DNA of 64,000 nucleotides from Kiritimatiellia bacterium (GTDB lineage Bacteria; Verrucomicrobiota; Kiritimatiellia; RFP12; UBA1067): NCBI GenBank assembly GCA_050949565.1, contig JBMNFY010000019.1, positions 1 to 64,000 of the forward strand, read 5' to 3'. Shown piece by piece: positions 16,802 to 26,589 of this stretch (position 1 is its first letter; each line of letters starts with the position of its first letter). The notes under the pieces were generated by a model. It saw only the letters and a program-made list of their open reading frames with translations, ran no database searches and was not told where the DNA came from. The position numbers and the translations under genes were made by a program.

Positions 16802-19800
16802 TTAACGGTATTTCTTGTTCAAATCCAGAATGAGGCTGTTGTCCTTGATGGCCGGTCTGAGCTTCTCACTGAAGAACTCTTGCGTTCCGCCGCTTTGTCG
16901 CATTTTTTCGCGAACCGCTAAAACGGCATTTTCAACGGTTCGTAGTTCGCCGTCCGGCTGTGTGTCCAGCTCCTCCATCAGCATCTTCGGGACATGCGGG
17001 GAGACGGTTCTTTGCACCTCGCAGTCCCAGCCGACATAGTTTCTGGCGTTCAGCCTCACCCCGATGTCATAGACGGCGTGGGGCGAGACTTGGCGCGGCG
17101 TGTCGGACAACCAGCCGACGGGTATCCCCTGCAGATTTTTCACCCAGTCGAAGGTCTGGTCGGTGGAGTCGCAGGTGTTCATGAAGACAAGAGAGAGCCC
17201 GAGATCCGGCGGGAGGTCTGCCGCCCCGATCCACGCCCCCTCATATTCCCCCTGCGAAACTTCACGTACCCCGAGAAGCCCGTTTGTGAGGCTCCCGTGC
17301 CCGTTGTGAATCCACACGCTGTGCTTCGTCAGGAGGTCGGCGAGCTGCTCGGCGGTCGGCGAGAGCAGGGGTGTCACGCCGTATTTCAGCCTGAGCTCTC
17401 GCCGCTTCACCCGCCGCATTGACGCCCAGCGACACCCGCATGCCCGCCGCTTCTTCGACCGAGACGAGCGCGGAAAAAAGGGCGGCCTGTTGCACGGGGA
17501 TTTTTTTGTCCGTGATTTTCCGGCCTGACGACAGCAGGCTGTTGTAAACCTCCACCCGGACCATTTTCACCGTGCCGTCCTTGATGTTCAACACCCGGGC
17601 ATCGTCCCATCCTTCCAGTCCCGCGCCCCCGTCGGCCTCCGGCGCGGGCACGATGAGGCTGGTGACATAGGAGCCGTCCGCCTGACGCTCCATTTCCGCT
17701 TCGATGGCGTCGTCTTCTTCGCCTTCCGGCAGGAGGCGGCAGACGAGTTCCGTCCCCTCGGCGAACGCCGCCTCCGGCGGCACGCGGACGATGAAGGCGT
17801 TGTGCGCGGAGAAGGCGGGCATGCCGATCTCTTCGCGGGGGCCGGTGATGGAGTAGGTGCTGCCCCAGAAGCCGTTGGTGTCATCGTGGCGGTACAGCGA
17901 ATAGGCTTCCTGCACCTCGTTGGTCTGGCCGTCGAACCCCGCGTCGATGTACGCGAGGGCGAGCGGCATCGTCGCGCCCGCCGCGTTGGTCGGGATTTCC
18001 GCCCGCAGGAAGTCGTTGCTCGCGCCCTGCCACTGCCAGGCGAAGGTTCCGTTCGTGGTTGCGCCTCCAAAGTCCAGTTCCCAGACCTTGAACCCCTCGG
18101 CGTGTTCCTGCGTCATGGAGAGCACGGCGCTGTTGGTGACCGCGTTCGTGACCGCCGCGAACGTCACCCAGCGGGGCGAGGTCGAGACGAGGTTCGGTGC
18201 GCCGCCGCCGTCGTAGGGCACGTAGGTCGAGAGCGACGCCTCCGGCGGGATGAGCCCCCCGAGAACCGGACGCCCGCCTTCAAAAAGCGGCATGCCTTGT
18301 GCGTCGAGCGAGACGGAGTGCAGGCCAATCTCCCACGCCACGATCTTCTGGGTGGCTTCGGCGCGGAAGCGGTGGCGGCGGTCGTATTTCGGGCCGTAGA
18401 ACTCGAAGGTGAGTTCGGCGTCGCCGGGCCCGAGGAACTCGGCGTAGACTTCAAGGTCGGTGAAGCGGTCGGGGAAGTCGTAGTCGGACACGCCGTCCGG
18501 GGAGCCGGTGAGGGAGAGGAGCGGCGTGCCGTTGGTGGATGTAGGACCGGGCCAGACCCGGAAGCGGGCGGTGCCGGAGGCATGGAGCCGGAGCGTCCCG
18601 GGCACGCCGGCGCCGACGTATGCCGAGAGCCGCACCTTCTTCAGCGTGTTGCTGGCGACGCCGACGTGCCACGTCCGGTTGGAGGAGAGGACGAGGACGG
18701 CGTGGTCCGGCGCGCCGGGCAGGGCGGAGGCGACCGCGCCGTCGCTGTCGGCGTCGGGCATCAGCGCGACGCCCAGGACGGTGACGCGGTTGGTGGCGTA
18801 GTGGTGGCGCTGCCAGGTTGCATGGTCGTCGTACACGGTCTCGGTCCAGTGCCAGACGAGCGCGTCGGCCCACGGGCCGGGGCTGGGGGCCAGCCCTTCG
18901 GCGTAGACGCGCTGGTTCTGCATGATCGAACCGGAGAAGGCCGTTTGTTTGCCGGTGTCCCACCAGAGCCTGACGCGGGAGGAGGGGGCGGAGACGAGTT
19001 CCGCCCCAGGGATATTCCGCGCAGCCGTGACTCGGGCAGGGGCAGCAGGCGGGGCCGAGCGGCACGAGGGGGGCGAGATCGGGGTCCGGCTCGTCCGCCG
19101 TCCACGGGGCCTGTTCCCGGTCTTCCTGCAGGTCGCCGTCGTCGTCGTTGGCGTTGAGGATGAGCAGGATGTTTTCGTTGCGCCCCCAGGGCGGATGGGT
19201 CGTCTTCCGGTCCGCCGGGATCGCCGCCGGAGCCGGGATCGCCCGGATCGCCGGGATCGCCGGGGCCGGAATCGTGAAGGTGGGCGCATGCGTCCCGTGT
19301 GCAGTCGTGCTCGTGGCACCAGTCCGCGGGACACTCCGGGTACGGGCAGCCGTGCCTGGGGCAGATCGGCGGCGGGGGGCACTCCGAGACGTCGCAGTTG
19401 TGGAGGAAGCACCACATCGGAGAGCTGTGGCCGTGGTCGCAGGCGCACAGCGCGTCCTCGCAGTCGTGCGCGAGGCACCACGCCGGGGCGGGCTCCTCCG
19501 GCAGGATGCAGGTGTGGATGTCGACCCAGTCGGTTTTCGCGGCGGACGCGCCCTCGGCCGTGAAGCGGAGTCCCAGCAGGCCGCTTTCCGGCATCGTCAG
19601 GTTGACGTGGGGGCGGCCTCCCCGGCAGCGGGGTCCCGTTCAGCCGCCATGCGTACGCGCCGCGCATCGGCGGGGTGATTTCTGCCGCCAGGCTCTTCCT
19701 GCCCGACGAGTGGAAGCAGACGGTCCCGTTGCACTCCCGCGCCGCCGTCGGCGCCCGGACGGCGATGAGGGGTTGGGCGATCAGCCCGGCGGCAACCGGC

Positions 19801-21367
19801 GCGCCCGGCGGGAGCGTCATGCCGTCCCCGAACGCCGCCGCCCCGGCGCCGCCGGGCTGGAACGCCGCATAGCCGCCGCCCGCCGTCAGCGAGAGCCGCA
19901 CCCAGCCCCCTTGGGCCGACCACAGCGAGACCGGCCAGGCGGCCCCCTCGTCCAGCCAGAAGGTCCATGTCCCGGTCCTGTCGATCAGGAGCCGCCGGCT
20001 TCCGACCGCCAGGATGGCGGGGGTTGCCGGAACGGCCGTGACCTCGACGGTGACGGGGAACATCGCGGCCGAGCCGTCGTGCCGCAGGGGCGTGCTGCCG
20101 TCGTAGAACGGGTCGGAGCACAGAAGCCCCTCCAGCCAGTCGGGGAACCCGTCGCCGTCGCTGTCCAGTTCCGCGTCGGCGCCGGCCGCCAGCCCGTTGA
20201 GGTCGGCGAGGATCCGCTGCCGCACGGCATCGGGGTCGGTCGCGGGGGTCAGCGGGGCGGGGTCGATGCCGTCCCGCAGGCCGTCGCCGTCGCTGTCCGG
20301 GTCGAGAGGGTCTGTGCCGAGGGCTCATTTCCGCGCCGTCGTCCACCCCGTCGAGGTCGGTGTCGGCGCGGCGCGGGTCGGTGCCGTGGATGAAAAGCTC
20401 GTCGTGGGTGGAGAGGCCGTCGCCGTCGTGGTCGTCAATGGCCGGGTCGAGCAGACCGAAGGCGCGCCAGCACAGCTCAAGGCCATTGGTGAGCGCGGAG
20501 GGATCGTTGAGGGCGAAAACCTCGCCGCCGCCGTTGTGCAGGGCGCCGACCAAGAGGTTGGTGAAGGCGTGGCCGGGGGACCGGAGCGCGGAGCCGGCCG
20601 GTATTTTGTACCGGAAGCGGAAATCGCCGTTTCCGAAGAGCTCGGACTGGAAGGAGACCGGGCAGTTGGTGTCGCGCCCGGCGTAGAGGTTCTCCCAGGT
20701 CAGCAGCAGGCCGCCGGAGGGCGTGGGCGCGTGCCAGAAGCGCCCCTGCGGCGGCACGGTGCCGAGGCTGCCGTGCAGCGGCGCGAGCAGGCTGGCGTTC
20801 GCGGGCACGGAGGAGGGGGACGGCGTGGACAACGGGTCCCGGAACGACACCAGCCCCGAGCTGGAGACGTGCAGGCCCTCGACCTGGTTGGTGCCGAGGG
20901 TGAAGGACCAGCCGTTTGTCTGCAGCCAGAAGGTGTCCTCGGCCACGCCGTACACGGTCCACGGCGCGTGGACGATCGGCGTTGGAGGGCGCGGCGCGCC
21001 AGGCGGCGGGGTTGGTCGCGGCGGAGACGAGGGCGACCCCGGCCGCGTACTGGCCGGGGGTGAGGGAGCCGGGGGTGGCGCCGCCGTAAGGGGACGCCGC
21101 CGGGGACGGCGCGCTCCCTGCGGCCGGCCCTTGGTATTGGGCGGCGGGGGCGGGCGCCGGGGCGCCGGCCGGAGCGGACGGCTTGGAGCCGCCGTGGATG
21201 CAGAGCGCGACGACGAGCATCAGGACGAGCGCCCGGTCAGCGCGGGGCAGGGCGCGGAAGTCGCGCATGCGCTCGCGGAAGACGCCGCCGCCGGTCTCGC
21301 AGGCGCGGGCGATGAACCACAGCACGAAGGCGATGCCGAGGAACCAGAAAAGCATGGCAGGTGTCAT
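16802..21367 (-). pseudogene. large (~1500 aa) membrane-anchored modular protein with a C-terminal CD-clan (caspase/CHAT-like) peptidase; at least 6 apparent frameshifts (real or assembly error)
   Basis: Continuous protein-like path across frames: two N-terminal hydrophobic segments plus GGSK, Pro/Ala linker, DxDGDG repeats, CxxHxC repeats, then a tip with WIHNGHG and LVFMNTC. Confidence 0.7.
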
Positions 21368-21383
21368 GTCCGTGTCCCCTTCG

Positions 21384-21980
21384 TCATTTGATGGTGATGC
21401 GCGCGCCGTCCGGGGCGAACACGGTTTTGATGCGTTCCTGCGGCGCGTCCGCGCCGCGCGCGGTGACGCGCAGGGTGTCCCATGTTCCGGGATGCAGCCA
21501 CTCCGGGAGGGGCGGCGGGGGGAGGCCCGCGAAGGTGACCGCGCCGTCGCGGTCGGTGAAGGCCGGGGGCAGACAGACACCCGAAGCAGTGACGCGGATG
21601 AGGGCGGTGAGCCTCTGCGTGCCGTTGGACGAGGCGGCGGGGACGGCGTGGCGGGCGCGCAGGCCGCGCGGCGACAGGAACCACCCGCCGCGATCCCATC
21701 CGATGGCGAGGTCGGTCTCGCCCGCGTCGAGCACGCCGTCCGCCGGGGCGGTATCACGGCCCAGGCAGACCTGGACGTGGTTGGAGGGCGTGGCCTCGAA
21801 GACAAGCTCAAGGCGGAAGACGCGCGGGCCGCCGGGGGCGGCGGGCAGGGCGTGCGTCGCCGACACCTCGCGGTCGGCGGTCGCGGGCTCCGGCAGGCGC
21901 GGCACCTCAAGGGTGGCGGCACCCGCCGCCAGCGCGGCTGCGGTGATGGCAGTGGCTATGGTTATTACGTTGTGTTTCAT
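21384..21980 (-). CDS. small secreted hypothetical protein upstream of the large modular protein
   Basis: Signal peptide MKHNVITIATAITAAALAAGA; RBS; ends 16 bp before the next start; C-terminus DGARITIK. Confidence 0.7.
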   Translation of the reverse strand: MKHNVITIATAITAAALAAGAATLEVPRLPEPATADREVSATHALPAAPGGPRVFRLELVFEATPSNHVQVCLGRDTAPADGVLDAGETDLAIGWDRGGWFLSPRGLRARHAVPAASSNGTQRLTALIRVTASGVCLPPAFTDRDGAVTFAGLPPPPLPEWLHPGTWDTLRVTARGADAPQERIKTVFAPDGARITIK

Positions 21981-22375
21981 CTCGTTCCCTTCACTCCGTC
22001 CTCCGGCAGGGAAAAGGCGCGGACCCCGCACCGTGCCTCAAACGAGGGACCGCTAAGACCCTTCAGCAAAGCCCGGCGACGAGGCCGCGCCCGATCGGGC
22101 GCGTCCCCACGCATCTCGCTTTGCTGTGAAAACTAGCGGTTGGTTTCGTTTGAAGCGTTATGCGCGAAAGCGCAAAAATCAAATCAGTCTATGGGGTTCG
22201 GCTCTCTTCTCGTCCTCCGGTTCTCGCTCTTCTTGTCCGCCAAGCGGCTCTCGTTCGCATGCGGCCTACTGACTGCCATCCAGCGACAACGCCGCATTTC
22301 ATCGTCGGTCACACTTTATACCGTTGGTAGATAGAACGCAAGGCGAAAAGGGTGCGTTGAAAAATTTTTTAAGGG

Positions 22376-22403
22376 TTGATTCTTTCCCCCCCCCTCGCAT
22401 AAT
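22376..22403 (+). promoter_or_regulatory. putative promoter with a C9 tract in the spacer
   Basis: TTGATT-N16(ctttCCCCCCCCCtcg)-CATAAT, ~50 bp upstream of ATG 22455. Confidence 0.45.
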
Positions 22404-22454
22404 GGATGTCAATTACGGGGACCTGTGTGTGCCCGACTGGACAAGGGGAAAACA

Positions 22455-25400
22455 ATGCGAACGAATGCACTAGGAATGGGAGCGGTCATAGCGGTCTGCG
22501 CGATTTGCGTACAGGGCGCGACAAAAATCTGGACGGGTAGTGGTGCCGACGCCAAGTTCTCAACGGATGGCAATTGGGAGGACATGGCCGCACCTGTGAA
22601 CGGCGACACGCTGGTCTTCCAAGGTGAGAACGCCGTTGCGGAGAACGATTTCGACTCGACCGTCCAGTTCGCCGCGATTTATATGTCCAACTCGGTACCG
22701 TTCACCATCCGCGGCAACACGCTTTATCTGAGCGGTAGCCGAATTTTCGCGAAAACCCTTTCGACGACGATCACCGACCGTTTCGAAGCGGACGTGGTTT
22801 TCTCCGGCGGTGCCTATCTCGGGGCGGCGAACGTCAACCGGCACCACATCACTTTTGGAGGAACGGTCGCAAGCGCGTCAGGGGGGGACACTGCAGACTG
22901 CCACTCAAACCGGAAACATCTTCACCTTTGAGAGCATGGTGACCAATTTTTCACACGTCTACCGCCCAAACGGTGGCGGCACCATGCAGTTTCTCGCGCC
23001 AACGAACCACTTCACCGACCTCAATCCGTTTCGGATCAATCAGGGAACGATCGTGGTCTCGAATCTCACCGCATTCGGTACAGGCACCCGGACATTCTCC
23101 GGCGGGCAAGGTGGATACAACACCCCCGCAATCATCCAGATGTATCCAACGTCGGACGAGACGGCACCGATCCATTTCAGAGTCAACAGCCCGAATCAGC
23201 AACAGTCCAACCTTCAAATTTACAACAACACGCCCGGCGTGAAGCTGACCTTCACCGGCGATGTGAGCCTGGGCGGGACAAAGAACAATGTCGGCGGGCG
23301 CATCGCTGTCGGCGGAGCGGGCGACGGGACGATCACAGGAAACTTCCCCTCCACGAATCTTGCGCTCTACAAGAGCGGCACAGGCACCTGGGAACTCGCC
23401 GGAGCATACGAGTCGACCGGCATCGTGACCGTCGCGGCAGGAACGCTCGTGGTCAACACCGTGTTCCCGACGAATACGTTCTGTGACGTCACCGGCGGCA
23501 CCCTGTGCGGCACAGGGACGCTCCACTGGGCGACGCTGAGCAGTTCCGCCGCTAAAATCACCGGCGGCTCGCCGGGAACGCCAGGAACGCTTTGCTTCGC
23601 GGACGGTGGCGATGTCGCACTCACGGTCGTGAGCGGCACGCTCGTCGCCCGGCCGAAAGCAGACGGCACGCCGTCGCTCGTCGCCGCCGACGGCACGGTC
23701 GCGTTGACCGGTTTGTTGACGGTGGACCTTGACGGTGATTTCTCCGCCCTCCCGGCCGGAACGTATCCGCTTCTGACGTGGACGCAAAAAATCGGAACAG
23801 GAACATACGCCGCAGGCAGCGGCTTCCCGTCGGGATCGAGTCTCGTGGAAACCGCCGACGGACTGGCGCTTTACGTGCCAGGCGCGATTCTGAGTTGGAC
23901 GGGTGCCGTGAACGGCAACTGGGACACCGCCACGGCGAACTGGAAAAACGGCCAAGTGTTCGCTGACGGCGCGGACGTCGTGTTCGGCGACGATGTCGCC
24001 GATGGGCGGACGAATGTCACCCTTACCATCGCAGCCGCTCCGGGCTCGGTGGCGATTTCGAGCGATGTCAATAACTACATCTTCTCTGGTGCCAAGATGA
24101 CGGGAACGATGGCACTCATGAAAACTGGAAACGCCTCGCTGACATTGGAGAACGACAACGACTACACGGGCCTTACCACAATCAATGGGGGGACGTTCCG
24201 GTTGAACGGATCGCTCAACGGTTCGACCTTGCTCGTACAGCCGGGCGCGGAACTCTTGCAGGGGACGAACGCTTCCATCCACGGGGACGTGAACGTGAAT
24301 GTCCTCGGACAAGCAACGCTCTCCGGATCGAACACCTTCACCGGCGATCTGGTCTTCGGCTCGATCGCCGAAGGAAGAGCCACGGGAACAGTTTGCAACG
24401 TCTCAGCGGTCGGCGGAGACGGCGGTGAAGTCGTCGTGATGCACAACGCGCGACTCACACTGGATGCAGAAGGCGTCTACCCCAGCCGCACGCTCCGTTT
24501 CGCCGCCCGGCAGAATGGCGGTGGTATCGTACCCTATTTCCGGCAGACACCCGGCAAAACCGCGACCTGGCCCGGCGGTATCGCGTTGGACGCGCCACCG
24601 GGGGATTACTTCTTTTACGCTTACGGAACCCTGAATCTCGGTACCGATCCGGATGCGGTGATCACAGACGAGGGGTGCCCCTCATCTTCGAGGTTAATGG
24701 TTCGCGGCACCGGACGCTTCAATCAATATGCCCGGACGCAACTCAAGGGCGGCTGCGAAAAGACAGACAGCGTATCTTGGCACGTCTACTCCTCCAGCAA
24801 TGTGCTTTCTCAGTTCAACATCGCGGTTGGCTCTGCCTTTCTGCATGCGCCGGATGCGTTTTCGACGAACTGCACCATCAAGCTAGGTCAGGTATACGGA
24901 AACAACAAATTCAATTCCCTGATTGATTTCGGCGGTTTCGATCTGACGATCGCCGGGCTCACGGTCGATCAGGGCATCGCACTCGAAGGGAACACCCAGA
25001 TATTCACAACGTCCGAGCCTGCCACGATCACACTGCTCGGCCCCGGCGACACGATGCTGAACCGGACCGGCACCGAACTGAGAGGCGCGCTCGCAATCTG
25101 CAAACGTGGCACGGACACGACGCTCTTCCTTGCCCAACCGAACTCGAACACCGGCGATTTCCGGCTGGAGGAAGGCTACACCGTCGCCAGCACCAACCGC
25201 GCGTTCGGGTATTCCACGAATCTCGTCGTGGGGGTAACGGCCACGCTCACGGTTTCAGCCTCTGATGCCCTGCCGCCAGAAGACGATGTATGGCTGCGTG
25301 TGGCCGACGGCGGTACGGTCGTACTCTCCGACGGCGTCGCCGCGACGGTCTTTGGTCTCGAGGTCAACGGGCGCCCCCGCAGTGCCGGCATTTACGGCGG

Positions 25401-25500
25401 CGAGGGGAGTGGTGCACAGAATATCCTTCCCGCCGTATTTAGCGGTACGGGGACGCTCCATGTGCGAACCGGCTCGGGCCTAGTGTTTTGGTTGCACTAA
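22455..25500 (+). CDS. secreted autotransporter-associated beta-strand repeat (PATR) protein; frameshift at the G7 tract 22881-22887
   Basis: Signal peptide plus WTGSG..NW; LYKSGTGTWELAG and LMKTGNASLTL..NDYTGLTTINGG repeats; ORFs 22425-22931 and 22810-25500 join at the G run. Confidence 0.8.
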
Positions 25501-25548
25501 GCCAGAAACCCTTGTCCGTCCCGGTCATTTTTAATACACTGCTGCCCT

Positions 25549-26589
25549 ATGGACCGTCTCGCATATCTGATACGGCGACTGTTATTGGTGATCCCTACCT
25601 TTCTAGGTATCACGGTGGTGTGCTTCGCCCTGACCCGCCTCCTGCCAGGCGGACCGGTCGATATCCAACTTATGAAGATGCGCAACATTGGCAGCGGTGG
25701 TGAACAGTCAGCGGCGCAGGTAACGCAGGTGACCGAGGAGTACCGGCAGGAGTTGAACCGCCAATTCGGTTTCGATCGACCGTTGCACGTGCAGTACTTC
25801 GACTGGCTGATTAAACAGCGCATGGGGATGCGCATCGCCTCGTACGACTATCCCAACCGTACCGCTTGGCAGTTGATCGCGTCACGTATTCCGGTCTCGC
25901 TCTGGTTTGGCATCACCAGTTTTGTGTTGAGTTATCTGATCTGCATCCCGCTTGGCATCGCCAAAGCGTTACGCCACCGCCAACCCTTTGATGCCGTCTC
26001 CAGCCTCGTGGTCTTTGTCGGTTACGCGATCCCCCCCTTCGCGCTGGGCATGGTGCTCAAGATGCTGCTCTGCGGCACGGTGGAGGGGTTGGGCGACATC
26101 TTCCCACTGGGCGGTTTTGAGTCTGATTTTCCGGAGCCGGTATCGCTCGGCACGCGGCTGATAGACCGCGCCTGGCATATGGCGATGCCGGTCACCTGCT
26201 ATGTGGCAGGTAACTTCGCCGTATTGACCCTGATCATGAAAAACTCGCTGTTGGACCAGATATCCAGCGATTATGTGCGTACCGTTCTAGCCAAGGGTGC
26301 CACGCGCCGCCGTGCCATCTGGTGCCACGCTTTCCGCAACGCGCTGATTCCGGTTGCGACCGGCTTCGGCTCGATCCTCGGCATGCTCTTCGCCGGTTCC
26401 ATCATCATTGAGAGCATTTTCGAGATTCCGGGCATGGGACGCCTGAGTTGGGATGCGTTGGTCGGCCGCGACTACGCGGTCTTTCTGGCGCTACTGGCAC
26501 TGACATCGGTCATGCAACTTGCCGGCAACCTGTTGTCAGATTTCTGTTACCTGTTGATCGATCCCCGCATCCACTTCGGCTCCTCATGA
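25549..26589 (+). CDS. yejB: ABC peptide transporter permease (YejB-like)
   Basis: YLIRRLLLVIPT, PGGPV, FGFDRP and the EAA-type loop YVRTVLAKG. Confidence 0.85.
   Translation: MDRLAYLIRRLLLVIPTFLGITVVCFALTRLLPGGPVDIQLMKMRNIGSGGEQSAAQVTQVTEEYRQELNRQFGFDRPLHVQYFDWLIKQRMGMRIASYDYPNRTAWQLIASRIPVSLWFGITSFVLSYLICIPLGIAKALRHRQPFDAVSSLVVFVGYAIPPFALGMVLKMLLCGTVEGLGDIFPLGGFESDFPEPVSLGTRLIDRAWHMAMPVTCYVAGNFAVLTLIMKNSLLDQISSDYVRTVLAKGATRRRAIWCHAFRNALIPVATGFGSILGMLFAGSIIIESIFEIPGMGRLSWDALVGRDYAVFLALLALTSVMQLAGNLLSDFCYLLIDPRIHFGSS

Noticed and set aside
14174-17420. Tip and orphan tip as the variable/template repeat of a diversity-generating retroelement
   Set aside because: No reverse transcriptase in the window, and the divergence includes indels and is not adenine-specific.
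22140-22334. 64-aa ORF in the divergent intergenic region
   Set aside because: No RBS or recognisable motif; more likely the regulatory region between the island and the PATR gene.
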